From Pseudomonadota bacterium (lineage in GTDB: Bacteria; Myxococcota_A; UBA9042; CAIXZC01): a DNA stretch of 64,000 nucleotides. This document shows, one piece after another, positions 1 to 9,954 of the stretch (the stretch's first letter is position 1; every line of letters starts with the position of its first letter). The notes beneath the pieces were generated by a model. That model searched no databases. It was not told the DNA's origin and saw only the letters and a list, made by a program, of their open reading frames with translations. The position numbers and the translations under genes are program-made. Where the stretch lies: positions 15,987 through 79,986 of the forward strand of contig JBDRIT010000099.1 in NCBI GenBank assembly GCA_043815665.1, in the 5' to 3' direction.

Positions 1-369
1 CACCAGGCGGCGCTTCTCCAGGGCCTTCTCGATGACGAGCTTGATCTCCTCGTTGTGGAATGGCTTGGAGAGATAGTTGAACGCACCCAGCCGCATGGCC
101 TCGATCGCCGTCTCCACGGCGGAGTAGGCGGTGATGACGATCACCTCCGTGTCAGAGCTGTACTTCTTGACACCGCCAAGCACGTCAAGCCCCGTCACCC
201 GCGGCATCTTCAGATCGGTGATCACCAGGTCGAAGGCCTGCCGCGCGATGAGTTCGAGCGCCTCCTCCCCCGAGGCGGCGGTCTGGACCTCGTGCTCCTC
301 CCGGCGGAGGAGAATGTCGAAGAAGTCCCGCATGCTCTTCTCGTCGTCGACAACCAGGATCCGACTCAT
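1..369 (-). CDS. pilR: NtrC-family response regulator PilR (5' part; runs off window)
   Basis: ATG at 369 overlaps the pilS stop (ATGA). Reads MSRILVVDDEKSMRDFF..DLVITDLKMP..VIVITAY..YLSKPF, a receiver domain. Follows pilS. Confidence 0.85.
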   Translation of the reverse strand, partial: MSRILVVDDEKSMRDFFDILLRREEHEVQTAASGEEALELIARQAFDLVITDLKMPRVTGLDVLGGVKKYSSDTEVIVITAYSAVETAIEAMRLGAFNYLSKPFHNEEIKLVIEKALEKRRLV

Positions 370-2075
370 CTCCCGTCTCCTCCAGTCAACCGGCTCAATA
401 CCACGCGGAACGTCGTCCCCTTGCCTTGGACGGAGGCCACCCGGATGGTCCCGCTGTGCTGTTCCACGTTGTGCTGTACCGTGGCGAGCCCGAGGCCCGT
501 CCCCATCTCCTTGGTGCTGAAGAACGGGTCGAAGATCTTCTCCTGCACCTCCGGTGGCATCCCCTCACCGGTGTCCTCGACCTCGAGGATGATCTGTCCA
601 ACATCCGTGCCGTCCAGGCGCAGGCTCACGCGCCCCCCGGCCGGCGTGGTGTCCACCGCGTTGTTCACGAGGTTCCACACGATCTGGCGCAGTCCGTTGG
701 CCTCACCGAAGATGACCCCGTCTCCGTGGACCTCGTAGCGGACGGCGATCTCCATCGCTCGCGGCTCGTTGGTGATGAGCTCGGTGACCTCTGCACAGAC
801 CGCGGCCAGGTCCACCCGTAGTCGTGGCGCCCTCCCGGGCTTGGCGTAGGCCAGGAACTCGGTGATCCAGTCGTTCAGGTGGTCTGCCTCCCGCACCACG
901 ATGTCCATGAGGCGCTTCTCGTCTCCCTCGGGCTGGGAGAGGCTGCGCAGGAGCTGGATGGACCCGCTCATGGACGCAAGGGGGTTGCGGATCTCGTGGG
1001 CGATGCTCGCTGCAAGGCGCCCGATGGTGGCCATACGCGCGCCGCGCTCGATGATCTTCTCCATCTCCATCACGTCGGTGACGTCCCAGAACAGGACCAC
1101 CCGGCCGAGGATCGTTCCCCGGGAATCCCGCAGGGGATTGATGGTCCAGCGGGTGAAGGTCTTGTGCCCCGCGTGCATCTGGATCGTTGTCTCACTCACC
1201 GCACGGCCGGATTTGTCCGGGTTGGTCAGGATGGGACCCAGATCCGGGAAGAAGCGCATGACCGGTTCGCCGGTCACTGCCCCCAGCTCCAGGCCCAGCC
1301 ATGTCAACGCCCAGTGGTTCGCCAGGGTGACCCGGTGCTCCGTGTCCAGGGTGATCAGCCCGTTGTCCAGACTCTGGATGATGTTCTGGTGGAGACGGCG
1401 AAGCTTCTCCATCCCCGCCCGCTGTGCCGTGAGGCGGCTGTCTGCCTCGCGGACCTGTTCGGCGAGGAAGCTGGAGAGGAACGCAACTGCGTAGAACGCA
1501 ACGATGTTCGTCGCGAAGTTCAGGACGAACTGCGACCAGTTGTTGAAGTCACTGCCCACCGCCGGGAAGAGCTGCTCCAGCAGGGGCTGCGCCGCGCCCA
1601 TCGGGAAGACGCCGCATTGGACCAACGCCACCAGCAGCAACATCACCGTGGACGCGAGGGCCGCCACGAACGCCCCGGTCCAATACAGGACGATGCTCGC
1701 GTTGATGATGAAGAGGGAGTAGAAGAAGGTGAAGACGCTGTCGAGACCCCCGGTCACCAGCACCAGCACGGACGCGAACATCGTGTCGACGACGAACTGG
1801 ACCATCCCCAGGGCCTTGAGCACCCAGCCCTCCTCCACCCACTCGATCGCGTAGGAGAAGAGGAGGGAGACGACGATCATGGCCCCCGTCGCATGGTAGA
1901 GCAGGTGCTGGGTGTTCCACAGGGGGAGCGCCCCGGTCCGCTGGCCGCCGAAGAGGAAGGTGGCCACGAGGAGGACCGTCGCCACCAGGACCCGGAAGAG
2001 ATTCAGGAGGAGAAGCCGATCCCGGGTTGATGATGGAGCGGCAGGGAGGGTGAGGGCTTGCGCCGCAGCGATCAC
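366..2075 (-). CDS. pilS: Sensor histidine kinase PilS (multi-TM, PAS, HisKA, HATPase)
   Basis: About 6 N-terminal TM segments; HEIRNPL H-box, NLVNNA N-box, DTGEG/GTGLGL G-boxes; pilC-pilS-pilR order. Confidence 0.88.
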   Translation of the reverse strand: MIAAAQALTLPAAPSSTRDRLLLLNLFRVLVATVLLVATFLFGGQRTGALPLWNTQHLLYHATGAMIVVSLLFSYAIEWVEEGWVLKALGMVQFVVDTMFASVLVLVTGGLDSVFTFFYSLFIINASIVLYWTGAFVAALASTVMLLLVALVQCGVFPMGAAQPLLEQLFPAVGSDFNNWSQFVLNFATNIVAFYAVAFLSSFLAEQVREADSRLTAQRAGMEKLRRLHQNIIQSLDNGLITLDTEHRVTLANHWALTWLGLELGAVTGEPVMRFFPDLGPILTNPDKSGRAVSETTIQMHAGHKTFTRWTINPLRDSRGTILGRVVLFWDVTDVMEMEKIIERGARMATIGRLAASIAHEIRNPLASMSGSIQLLRSLSQPEGDEKRLMDIVVREADHLNDWITEFLAYAKPGRAPRLRVDLAAVCAEVTELITNEPRAMEIAVRYEVHGDGVIFGEANGLRQIVWNLVNNAVDTTPAGGRVSLRLDGTDVGQIILEVEDTGEGMPPEVQEKIFDPFFSTKEMGTGLGLATVQHNVEQHSGTIRVASVQGKGTTFRVVLSRLTGGDGR

Positions 2076-3289
2076 TAGCCTCCGCCGACGTTGTCGGCCA
2101 TGGTGAAGATGGGCATGTACATCCCGATGAGGATCGTCCCGACAAGTCCGCCCAGGACCACGAGGATGAGGGGCTCCATGAGAGAGGTGATGCCGTCCAC
2201 CGCTTGATCCACTTCGTCGTCGTAGAAGTCTGCGATCTTCCCGAGCATGATGTCCAGCGCGCCGGTGGACTCACCCACCGCGATCATCTGGATGACCATC
2301 TTGGGGAAGATGTCCCTCTCCATGAGGGGGGCAGCGATGGTCTTTCCCTGAGACACCTTGTCCCGGGTATACAGGACGGACTCCTCGATCACCATGTTGC
2401 CGGCCGTCTTGGCGACGATCTCCATGGCATCGAGGATCGGCACGCCGGAGGAGACCAGGGTGCCCAGGGTCCGGGTGAACTTCGCGATGGAGGCCTTCCG
2501 GATCAGGTTCCCGAAGACCGGGACCCGCAGCATGAACCAGTCCATGGCGTAGTGGATCTTCTGGACCTTCATCATCTGCTTGTAGATGACGACCACCGAG
2601 ACGATCCCCGCGATCATGTACGGCGCCCAGACCAGGAACTGATCCGAGACGTCCACGAGGAACTGCGTGAGTTTGGGCAGCTCACGGTCACCGAGGCTCT
2701 TGAACATTCCGGCGAAGGTCGGCACGACCTTCCAGAGCAGGCCGGCGGTAATGGCGACGGAGATCATCAGGATGGTGAGGGGGTACTTCATGGCCCCCTT
2801 CACCCGGGCCTTGAGCTTCATGTTCTTTTCGGTGTAGGCGGCCAGGCGGTTGAGGATGGTGTCGAGGATACCGCCCATCTCGCCCGCGGCCACGAGGTTC
2901 ACGAAGAGCGCATCGAAGACCTTGGGGTGCTTCTGCAGGGAGTCTGCGAAGGTGTTCCCCCGCTCCACGGAGTCCTTCACGGCGAAGAGGACCTTCTGGA
3001 ACGCCGGATGCGGCTCCTGGCTTGCGAGGATCTCCAGGCACTGGACCAGGGGGAGGCCCGCGTCGATCATCGTCGCCATCTGCCGGGTGAAGATCACGAT
3101 GGTCTTCGACGGCACGCCCTGGAAGCCCGGGAGCTTGGCGAAGATGTCCTCTTTCTTCTTCCGCACCCGGATGACCTGGATCCTGTTGTCGACCAGGTAC
3201 TTCTCGGCCGCGGCCGCGTTCGCTGCGTCGACGGTCCCCGTCTTCAGCTCGCCGCGTTCGTTGGTCCCTTCCCAGTCCCACTTGGCCAT
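2075..3289 (-). CDS. pilC: Type IV pilus inner-membrane platform protein (GspF/PilC family)
   Basis: FTRQMATMIDAGLPL, AGEMGG, VGESTGALD, EPLI motifs. Confidence 0.95.
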   Translation of the reverse strand: MAKWDWEGTNERGELKTGTVDAANAAAAEKYLVDNRIQVIRVRKKKEDIFAKLPGFQGVPSKTIVIFTRQMATMIDAGLPLVQCLEILASQEPHPAFQKVLFAVKDSVERGNTFADSLQKHPKVFDALFVNLVAAGEMGGILDTILNRLAAYTEKNMKLKARVKGAMKYPLTILMISVAITAGLLWKVVPTFAGMFKSLGDRELPKLTQFLVDVSDQFLVWAPYMIAGIVSVVVIYKQMMKVQKIHYAMDWFMLRVPVFGNLIRKASIAKFTRTLGTLVSSGVPILDAMEIVAKTAGNMVIEESVLYTRDKVSQGKTIAAPLMERDIFPKMVIQMIAVGESTGALDIMLGKIADFYDDEVDQAVDGITSLMEPLILVVLGGLVGTILIGMYMPIFTMADNVGGG

Positions 3290-3293
3290 GGAG

Positions 3294-4391
3294 CTACCCC
3301 TTCTTGCCCTTCATGTCGGGATCCTTCCCGGCGATCATCTTGGAGAGCTCGGCCTGGTCTGGTGAGGCCTGCCAAGCCACCTCCCGAGAGATCAGGTTGT
3401 TCTCGAGGAGTCGGGCGATGGATTGGTTCATCGTGCACATGCCCGACTGCGTCTGACCCACCTGCATCGCGGAGTAGATCTGATGGGTCTTGTCATCCCG
3501 GATCTGGGCCCGGATGCCGTGGTTCGGCAAGAGAACCTCGGGGCACAGGATCCGCCCCCCATCGACCCGCCGCAGCAGCTTCTGGGTGACGATGCATTGA
3601 AGCGTGAAGGACATCTGTGTCCGGACCGCTTCCTGCTGATCCGCCGGGAAGAAATCCAGGATCCGGTGGAGCGTCTGAACCGCGGAGTTCGTGTGCAGCG
3701 TCGCGAGGGTGAGGTGTCCCGTCTCCGCGATGCGGAGCGCGATCTCCATGGTCTCCCGGTCCCGGATCTCACCAACGAGGACGAAGTCCGGGTCCTGCCG
3801 CAGCGCGTACTTCAGCGCGACGGCGAAGCTGCTCGTATCCGAGCCGACCTCGCGCTGGTTCACGATGCAGTTCTTGTGGTCGTGGAGGAACTCGATGGGG
3901 TCCTCGATGGTGAGGATGTGTCCCCGGTGGACCTCGTTGAGCTCGTTGACGATGGAGGCCAGGGTGGTGGACTTTCCCGAGCCCGTGGGGCCGGTGACCA
4001 GGACCAGGCCGTTGGGTTTCTGGATCACGTCGTTCATCGCCAAGGGAAGACCCAGCTTCGCCATGGGCAGCACGGAGTGAGGGATCTGACGGAGCGCCCC
4101 GGCCACGAACCCCTTCTGGCGGAAGAAGTTCGAGCGGAACCGGCTCTTGTCCCGCCACTTGAAGGACATGTCCACTTCGTTATAGGTCTCGAAGGTCTTC
4201 CGCTGCTTCTCTGTCATGAGGCTGTAGGCCAGATCCTGGGTGTCCGCCGCCTGGAGCGGGGCGCTCTTCAGCTTGTAGAGCTTGCCGTCGATCCGCAGTG
4301 CTGGCGGCGACCCGACGGTGAGGTGGAGATCCGTCGCCCCCTTGTCCACCACCGTCTGCAGAAGCCTATGGAGATCCACTGGCACAACCAC
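3294..4391 (-). CDS. pilT: Type IV pilus retraction ATPase
   Basis: ATDLHL, Walker A GPTGSGKST, TIEDPIE, LRQDPD, ATLHT, IRAQIRD (AIRNLIRE-like). Confidence 0.93.
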   Translation of the reverse strand: MVVPVDLHRLLQTVVDKGATDLHLTVGSPPALRIDGKLYKLKSAPLQAADTQDLAYSLMTEKQRKTFETYNEVDMSFKWRDKSRFRSNFFRQKGFVAGALRQIPHSVLPMAKLGLPLAMNDVIQKPNGLVLVTGPTGSGKSTTLASIVNELNEVHRGHILTIEDPIEFLHDHKNCIVNQREVGSDTSSFAVALKYALRQDPDFVLVGEIRDRETMEIALRIAETGHLTLATLHTNSAVQTLHRILDFFPADQQEAVRTQMSFTLQCIVTQKLLRRVDGGRILCPEVLLPNHGIRAQIRDDKTHQIYSAMQVGQTQSGMCTMNQSIARLLENNLISREVAWQASPDQAELSKMIAGKDPDMKGKKG

Positions 4392-4433
4392 TCCTCCCCC
4401 GGGGGGCGTCTGCCCCCTCGCTCCGTCACTGTT

Positions 4434-6203
4434 CTAGTCCAACCGCGTCGTACGCAGGACCTCGGCGATGGAGGTCTCCCCCGCAATCAGCTTGTTCACC
4501 GAGGCCTGCCGCAGGGTCAGCATCCCGAGCCGCATGGCCTCGCGCTTGAGCTCCATGGCGGAGAAGCCCTGGAGCACAGCCTCCCGGAGCTCGTCGTAGA
4601 ACGGCATCACCTCGTAGACCGCGATGCGGCCCTTGTACCCCGTCTCGTTGCAGATCTTGCATCCGACCGGATTGAAGACCGTGGCGCCCTCCTGGAGCTC
4701 CGGGGGGATCTTGAGCTCGGCCCACTGCTCCTCGGTCATCTCCAGGGGCTCCTTGCACTCCTTGCAGTTCTTTCGGGCGAGGCGCTGGGCGAGGATCAGG
4801 TTCACGGAGCTGGTGACCAGGAAGGGCTCCACCCCCATGTTCAGCAGACGGTTCACCGTGGACGGCGCGTCGTTGGTGTGCAGGGTCGAGAGCACGAGGT
4901 GGCCCGTGAGCGCCGCCTTGACTGCGATCTCTGCGGTCTCGAAGTCGCGGATCTCCCCAACCATGATGATGTCGGGGTCCTGCCGCAGGAACGACCGCAG
5001 GGTCGCCGCGAAGTTGAGGCCCACGGCCTCGTTGATCTGCACCTGATTCAGGCCCGGCATGTTGAACTCGACCGGGTCCTCGGCGGTGGAGATGTTGTCC
5101 TCGGCCTTGTTGAGCTCGATGAGCGCCGAGTAGAGACTCGTCGTCTTCCCGGACCCCGTGGGACCGGTCACCAGGACCATGCCCCAGGGCTGGTGGATCG
5201 CGCTCTTGAACTGCTTGAGCTGTTCGTCCTCGAAGCCCAGCTTGGTCATATCCAGCTGGAGGCTGGACTTGTCGAGGATCCGCATGACCACCTTCTCGCC
5301 GAAGAGCATCGGCAGGACGGACACGCGGAAGTCGACCTCCTTGGACTTGCCCAGGACCAGCTTGATACGGCCGTCCTGGGGCAGGCGTCGCTCGGAGATG
5401 TCCAGCTCGCTCATGATCTTGAGGCGGGAGGTGATCGCGTTCTTCAGGCGGATCGGCGGCTTCATCATCTCGTAGAGGGTGCCGTCGATCCGGTACCGGA
5501 TCCGGAACTCCTTCTCGTAGGGCTCGATGTGGATGTCCGATGCGCCGCGGCGGATCGCGTCCACGAGGATCAGGTTCACGAGCCGGACGACGGCCTCCTC
5601 CTGGGAGTCCCTCTCCAGCTGCTCGATGTCGATCCCGTCGTCCGCGCCCAGGATCTCCACGTCCTCGTCGGAGAGGTTCTCGAAGACGTCGTCGAGCTCG
5701 ACCTCCTCCTCCTCGGCGTAGTAGGTCTCGAGGGCCTCACGGATCTGGGACTCCGCAGCGACGACCATCTCGACGTTGTAGCCGGTGAGGAACTTGATGT
5801 CGTCCATCGCGTAGATGTTCGACGGGTCGCTCACGGCCACGATGAGGGACGAGCCCTCCTTGTTGATCGGAAGGATCCCGTGGCGGCGGGCCACCTCGTT
5901 GGGGATCAGCGCGAGGACCTCCGTCGGGATGGCGATCTCATCGACGTTGATCGAGGGGACGCCATACTGCTTGGAGAGGAACGACACCAGCTGGGCCTCG
6001 GAGACGTAACCCAGGTGGGCCAGGGCGCCGCCGAGCTTCCCGCCGTGCTTCTGGATCTCGTGCTTGGCGTCATCGAGCTGGTCGAGGCTGATCACGCTCT
6101 CCCGGAGCAGGAGCTCGCCGAGCCCTGTCGACGCTGCCTTCGCCCGGGGGGCCTGGACGTTGCCGTCGGTCGTTCCCTGGTTCCTGCCGCCGTTCTCTGC
6201 CAT
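4434..6203 (-). CDS. pilB: Type IV pilus extension ATPase
   Basis: MshEN-like N-terminus, ASDIHIEP, GPTGSGKTT, LRQDPD, tetra-Cys motif CKEC/CKIC, GYKGR. Confidence 0.95.
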   Translation of the reverse strand: MAENGGRNQGTTDGNVQAPRAKAASTGLGELLLRESVISLDQLDDAKHEIQKHGGKLGGALAHLGYVSEAQLVSFLSKQYGVPSINVDEIAIPTEVLALIPNEVARRHGILPINKEGSSLIVAVSDPSNIYAMDDIKFLTGYNVEMVVAAESQIREALETYYAEEEEVELDDVFENLSDEDVEILGADDGIDIEQLERDSQEEAVVRLVNLILVDAIRRGASDIHIEPYEKEFRIRYRIDGTLYEMMKPPIRLKNAITSRLKIMSELDISERRLPQDGRIKLVLGKSKEVDFRVSVLPMLFGEKVVMRILDKSSLQLDMTKLGFEDEQLKQFKSAIHQPWGMVLVTGPTGSGKTTSLYSALIELNKAEDNISTAEDPVEFNMPGLNQVQINEAVGLNFAATLRSFLRQDPDIIMVGEIRDFETAEIAVKAALTGHLVLSTLHTNDAPSTVNRLLNMGVEPFLVTSSVNLILAQRLARKNCKECKEPLEMTEEQWAELKIPPELQEGATVFNPVGCKICNETGYKGRIAVYEVMPFYDELREAVLQGFSAMELKREAMRLGMLTLRQASVNKLIAGETSIAEVLRTTRLD

Positions 6204-6298
6204 GCCTCAACCACCGTCGTGCTGAAGTGCCTGTTGGTGGCGCATGAACGCACCACCCCGAGATCCCTCCGGGATGATAGCATCGCCTTGAAATAGCG

Positions 6299-7690
6299 TC
6301 AAATTCCTGCTGGTGCACCCGGGGCCGTCTCGGAGAACTCCGGCGAGGGCGAGCCAGGGAGCGCGACCATCCAGCCGCCGAGGGCGACCGCCGCGGACTC
6401 CGCGGTCCCCTGACGCCGCTCCCGCCGGCGGCCGAGGCCGGGCGGCAACAGCCCGAAGTGCATGTTCGACGGCTGGAATCGCCCCCCGGTGCCCCGGGTG
6501 ACGTAGTTCAGGAGCCCCCCGAGCGCAGTCTCCAGCGGCGGCGCGGGCAGAGGCACGCCGGTGAGCTCCCCGTAGAGAAAGAGAGCAGCGAGGAGGCCCG
6601 TCGCCACGGACTCGACGTAGCCCTCGGAGCCGCTGAGCTGACCGCCGATCCGCACGCTCGGGCGGGCCCTGAGACGAAGCTCACCGTCCAGGACCGCCGG
6701 GGCATCCACGAAGGTGTTCCGATGGATGCTGCCGTACCGCAGGAACCTTGCGTGCTCCAGCCCGGGGATGCTGCGGAACACCTGCTCCTGGGCCGGGCGC
6801 CGCAGCCGGGTCTGGAATCCCACCAGGTTGAACGCCGTGCGGGCCCGGTCCTCGGCGCGGAGCTGTACCACGGCGGCGGGTCTGGACCCGTCCGGGGGCC
6901 TCAGGCCGACGGGCTTCAGGGGTCCGAAGGCCAGCGCGCGGGGCCCGGTGGAGGCGATGGCCTCCACGGGCTGACAGCCCGGGAAGTGGGGGATCTTGTC
7001 GTCCCCGTCGAAGGGGGCCGGCTGGATGCGATCCGCGGCCAGCAACGCGTCCACGAAGCCCCGGTACGTCTCTGCGTCCATGGGCGCATTGAGGTAGTCG
7101 TCCCCGTCGCCCCTGTCCCAGCGGGACGCGGCGAAGAGTCGATCCATGTCCAGCGAAGAGCCGTCCACGATGGGCGCGATCGCATCGAAGAAGCTCAGGT
7201 GATCCGTGCCCAGCAGCTCGGCGAGATCCGCTGCGAGCGCGTCGGAGACCAGGGGCCCCGGCGTGAGCAGCGTCGGCCCCTCCCGCGGCACCGATCGTAC
7301 CTCCTCCCGTCGGATCGTGACCCGGGGGTGCGCCTCGAGGACCCGGGTGATCTCCCGCGCGAAGAGGGCGCGGTCCACGGCCAGGGCGCTCCCAGCCGGG
7401 ACCCGGTGGTGATCCGCTGCGGCCAGGACCAGGGAGCCCAGCGCGCGGAGCTCCCGCTTGAGGAGCCCGACGGCCACCTCGGGGCTGTCGGAGCGCAGGG
7501 AGTTCGAGCAGACCAGCTCGGCGAGATCGGGGGAGGTGTGGACCAGCGTGGTGCGCGTCGGCCGCATCTCGTAGAGCTCGACGTCGACCCCCCGCGCGGC
7601 GAGCTGCCACGCCGCCTCGCAGCCAGCGAGTCCGCCGCCTACGATTCGAACAGACGGGGATGGGCCGGACCCGGTGGAGCGCAGCACCAC
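6299..7690 (-). CDS. trmFO: FAD/folate-dependent tRNA (uracil-54) methyltransferase TrmFO (Gid)
   Basis: GGGLAGCEAA FAD motif, ELVCSNS, GCQPVE, VGFQT, SIHRNTF, GSEGYVES. Confidence 0.93.
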   Translation of the reverse strand: MVLRSTGSGPSPSVRIVGGGLAGCEAAWQLAARGVDVELYEMRPTRTTLVHTSPDLAELVCSNSLRSDSPEVAVGLLKRELRALGSLVLAAADHHRVPAGSALAVDRALFAREITRVLEAHPRVTIRREEVRSVPREGPTLLTPGPLVSDALAADLAELLGTDHLSFFDAIAPIVDGSSLDMDRLFAASRWDRGDGDDYLNAPMDAETYRGFVDALLAADRIQPAPFDGDDKIPHFPGCQPVEAIASTGPRALAFGPLKPVGLRPPDGSRPAAVVQLRAEDRARTAFNLVGFQTRLRRPAQEQVFRSIPGLEHARFLRYGSIHRNTFVDAPAVLDGELRLRARPSVRIGGQLSGSEGYVESVATGLLAALFLYGELTGVPLPAPPLETALGGLLNYVTRGTGGRFQPSNMHFGLLPPGLGRRRERRQGTAESAAVALGGWMVALPGSPSPEFSETAPGAPAGI

Positions 7691-7696
7691 GGACTC

Positions 7697-9940
7697 CTAG
7701 GACTCCCGGAAGTCGCAGGCGGGGTTCGGGCAGGAGGTCACCTTGGCGCGGCCACGGGACTCCTGGAGATAGGGGTTTCCGCAGGCCGGGCACGGGCGCT
7801 TCAGGGGCACCCCGAACATCACGAACTCGCACTCGGGGGACTTCGTGCAGCGGTAGAACGTGCGGCCCTTCTTCGACTTCCGCTCCACCAGCTCACCGTC
7901 GCAGCCGGCCCGGGCGCACTTCAGATCCGTGGGGACCGGCGCCGTGTGGGTGCACTTGGGAAACTCCGGGCATGCGAGGAACGGCCCGAAGCGGCCGTTC
8001 CGCATGATCAGCTCCTGATCGTGCTCGGGACACTTGACGCCCGTCTCGACCTGCTTGATGGGCTCGATGGTGCCCTTGGGATCCCGCTTGAAGTTCATGG
8101 TGTTGCGACACTCGGGGAAGTTCGAGCAGGCGAGGAACTCGCCGTTGCGCCCGAACTTGATCACCATGCCGCTGTCACAGCGCTCACAGACGATGTCCGT
8201 GGGGATCGGGGCGCGCTTCAGGTCCTTCATGTCGACACGGGCCTTCACCAGAGCCCCGTTGAATCCGGTCCAGAACTGCTGCATGAGGACCTTCCCGGCG
8301 AGCTCTCCGTCCTCCACGCGGTCCAGCTCCTCCTCCATGGTTGCGGTGAAGCGCACGTCCACGATGTCGGGGAAGCTCTCCTGGAGGAGATCGGTCACCG
8401 CGAAGCCGAGCTCCGTAGGAAAGAACTTCCCCTGGTCCCGGTCCACGTACTTCCGCTCCTGGATCGTGCTGAGGATCATCGCGTAGGTGGAGGGGCGGCC
8501 GATGCCCTTCTCCTCCAGCATCTTGATCAGCGTGGCCTCAGTGAAGCGGGGGGGAGGCTGGGTGAAGGACTGGATCCCCTCCACGCCGTGGCGCTCGAGG
8601 GCCTGACCGTCGACGAGGATCGGCAGCTCCTTGGAGTCCCCGTTGGCGGTTTCGTTCTCGTCCTCCCGCTCCATGTAGACCTCGCGGTACCCCGTGAAGC
8701 GCAGGACCGAGCCGGAGGTCCGCAACCGGAACCGCTCCGCCGCCACGATGTCCAGCGTGGTGACATCGTAGAGGGCCGGGTTCATCTGTGAGCCGATGAA
8801 GCGCTTCCAGATCAGGGTGTAGAGCTTGAGCTGATCGGTGTCGAGGTGGGCCTTGATCCGCGCAGGGCTCCAATCCGAGCTGGTCGGGCGGATCGCCTCA
8901 TGGGCGTCCTGGGCGCTCTTCCGGTTCTTGTAGAAGTTGGGCTTCTCCGGGAGGAACTGCTCCCCGAAGGTCGCGCCGATGTAGGCTCGGGCCTCCTCGA
9001 GCACCTCTGCCGCCACCCGGGTCGAGTCGGTGCGCATGTAGGTGATCAGTCCCGTGGGCCCCTCTTCGCCCAGCTCGATGCCCTCGTAGAGCTGCTGGGC
9101 GAGGGCCATGGTCCGCTTCGCCGAGAAGCGGAAGAACCGATGGGCCTCCTGCTGGAGCCTGCTGGTGATGAACGGCGGCGGTGCGTGACGGGAGCGGGTC
9201 TTTGCGGCGACGGTGTCCACGGAGAAGCTCGCAGCCCGGAGGGCCTCCACCACGGGCGTGGCCTCGGACTCTCTTGTGATCTCGGCCTTCTTGCCGTCGA
9301 TCTCCACGAGCTGGGCCTCGAACTGCGGCGGCGCGCCGGAGGAGAGGGACGCCTTGATCGTCCAGTACTCCACAGAATCGAAGGCACGGATCTCTCGCTC
9401 CCGATCCGTGACCAGACGGACGGCGACGGACTGTACGCGACCCGCGCTCAGACCCCGCTTGACCTTCTTCCAGAGGAGGGGGCTGATCTCGTACCCCACG
9501 AGACGGTCCAGGGCCCGGCGGGCCTTCTGGGACTCGTAGCGGTTCTCGTTGAGGCGCCCCGGCGATGCCATGGCCTTCTCGACGCCGCGGCGCGTGATCT
9601 CGTGGAAGAGGACCCGGAAGATCTCGGGGGCGCCTTCGCCGGTCTTGAGCTCCTGCGCGACGTGCCATGCGATGGCCTCACCCTCGCGATCCGGGTCGGC
9701 GCCGATGAAGACCTTGTCGCACCCCTCCGCTGCATCGCGGATCCCCTGGAGGATCTTGCCCTTCCCGCGGATCACCTGGTACTTGAGGGCGAAGTCGTCG
9801 TCCACGTCCACACCGAGCTCCCGCTGCGGGAGGTCCTTGACGTGACCCACCGTGGCCTTCACCTCGAAGCCACTGCCCAAGTACCGTTTTATTGTACGAG
9901 CCTTCGAAGGGGACTCGACGATCACCAGGGATTTGCCCAT
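7697..9940 (-). CDS. topA: DNA topoisomerase I with C-terminal Zn-ribbon repeats
   Basis: LVIVESPSKA Toprim, DPDREGE, SAGRVQS, ITYMRTD catalytic Tyr, GIGRPST, C4 repeats; start taken at MGKSLVIVES. Confidence 0.96.
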   Translation of the reverse strand: MGKSLVIVESPSKARTIKRYLGSGFEVKATVGHVKDLPQRELGVDVDDDFALKYQVIRGKGKILQGIRDAAEGCDKVFIGADPDREGEAIAWHVAQELKTGEGAPEIFRVLFHEITRRGVEKAMASPGRLNENRYESQKARRALDRLVGYEISPLLWKKVKRGLSAGRVQSVAVRLVTDREREIRAFDSVEYWTIKASLSSGAPPQFEAQLVEIDGKKAEITRESEATPVVEALRAASFSVDTVAAKTRSRHAPPPFITSRLQQEAHRFFRFSAKRTMALAQQLYEGIELGEEGPTGLITYMRTDSTRVAAEVLEEARAYIGATFGEQFLPEKPNFYKNRKSAQDAHEAIRPTSSDWSPARIKAHLDTDQLKLYTLIWKRFIGSQMNPALYDVTTLDIVAAERFRLRTSGSVLRFTGYREVYMEREDENETANGDSKELPILVDGQALERHGVEGIQSFTQPPPRFTEATLIKMLEEKGIGRPSTYAMILSTIQERKYVDRDQGKFFPTELGFAVTDLLQESFPDIVDVRFTATMEEELDRVEDGELAGKVLMQQFWTGFNGALVKARVDMKDLKRAPIPTDIVCERCDSGMVIKFGRNGEFLACSNFPECRNTMNFKRDPKGTIEPIKQVETGVKCPEHDQELIMRNGRFGPFLACPEFPKCTHTAPVPTDLKCARAGCDGELVERKSKKGRTFYRCTKSPECEFVMFGVPLKRPCPACGNPYLQESRGRAKVTSCPNPACDFRES

Positions 9941-9954
9941 CTCGTGACTGCTCC

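Noticed and set aside
6000-6130. PilB MshEN c-di-GMP-binding motif
   Set aside because: Both half-motifs are degenerate (GLG..S and KLG..G rather than RLG..G); binding cannot be claimed
3423-6296. Very long opposite-strand ORFs (e.g. 3423..6296, 6458..8791, 38784..41546, 49180..52296, 58268..60721)
   Set aside because: Shadow ORFs expected from high-GC3 codon bias; they overlap well-supported genes and carry no recognisable motifs
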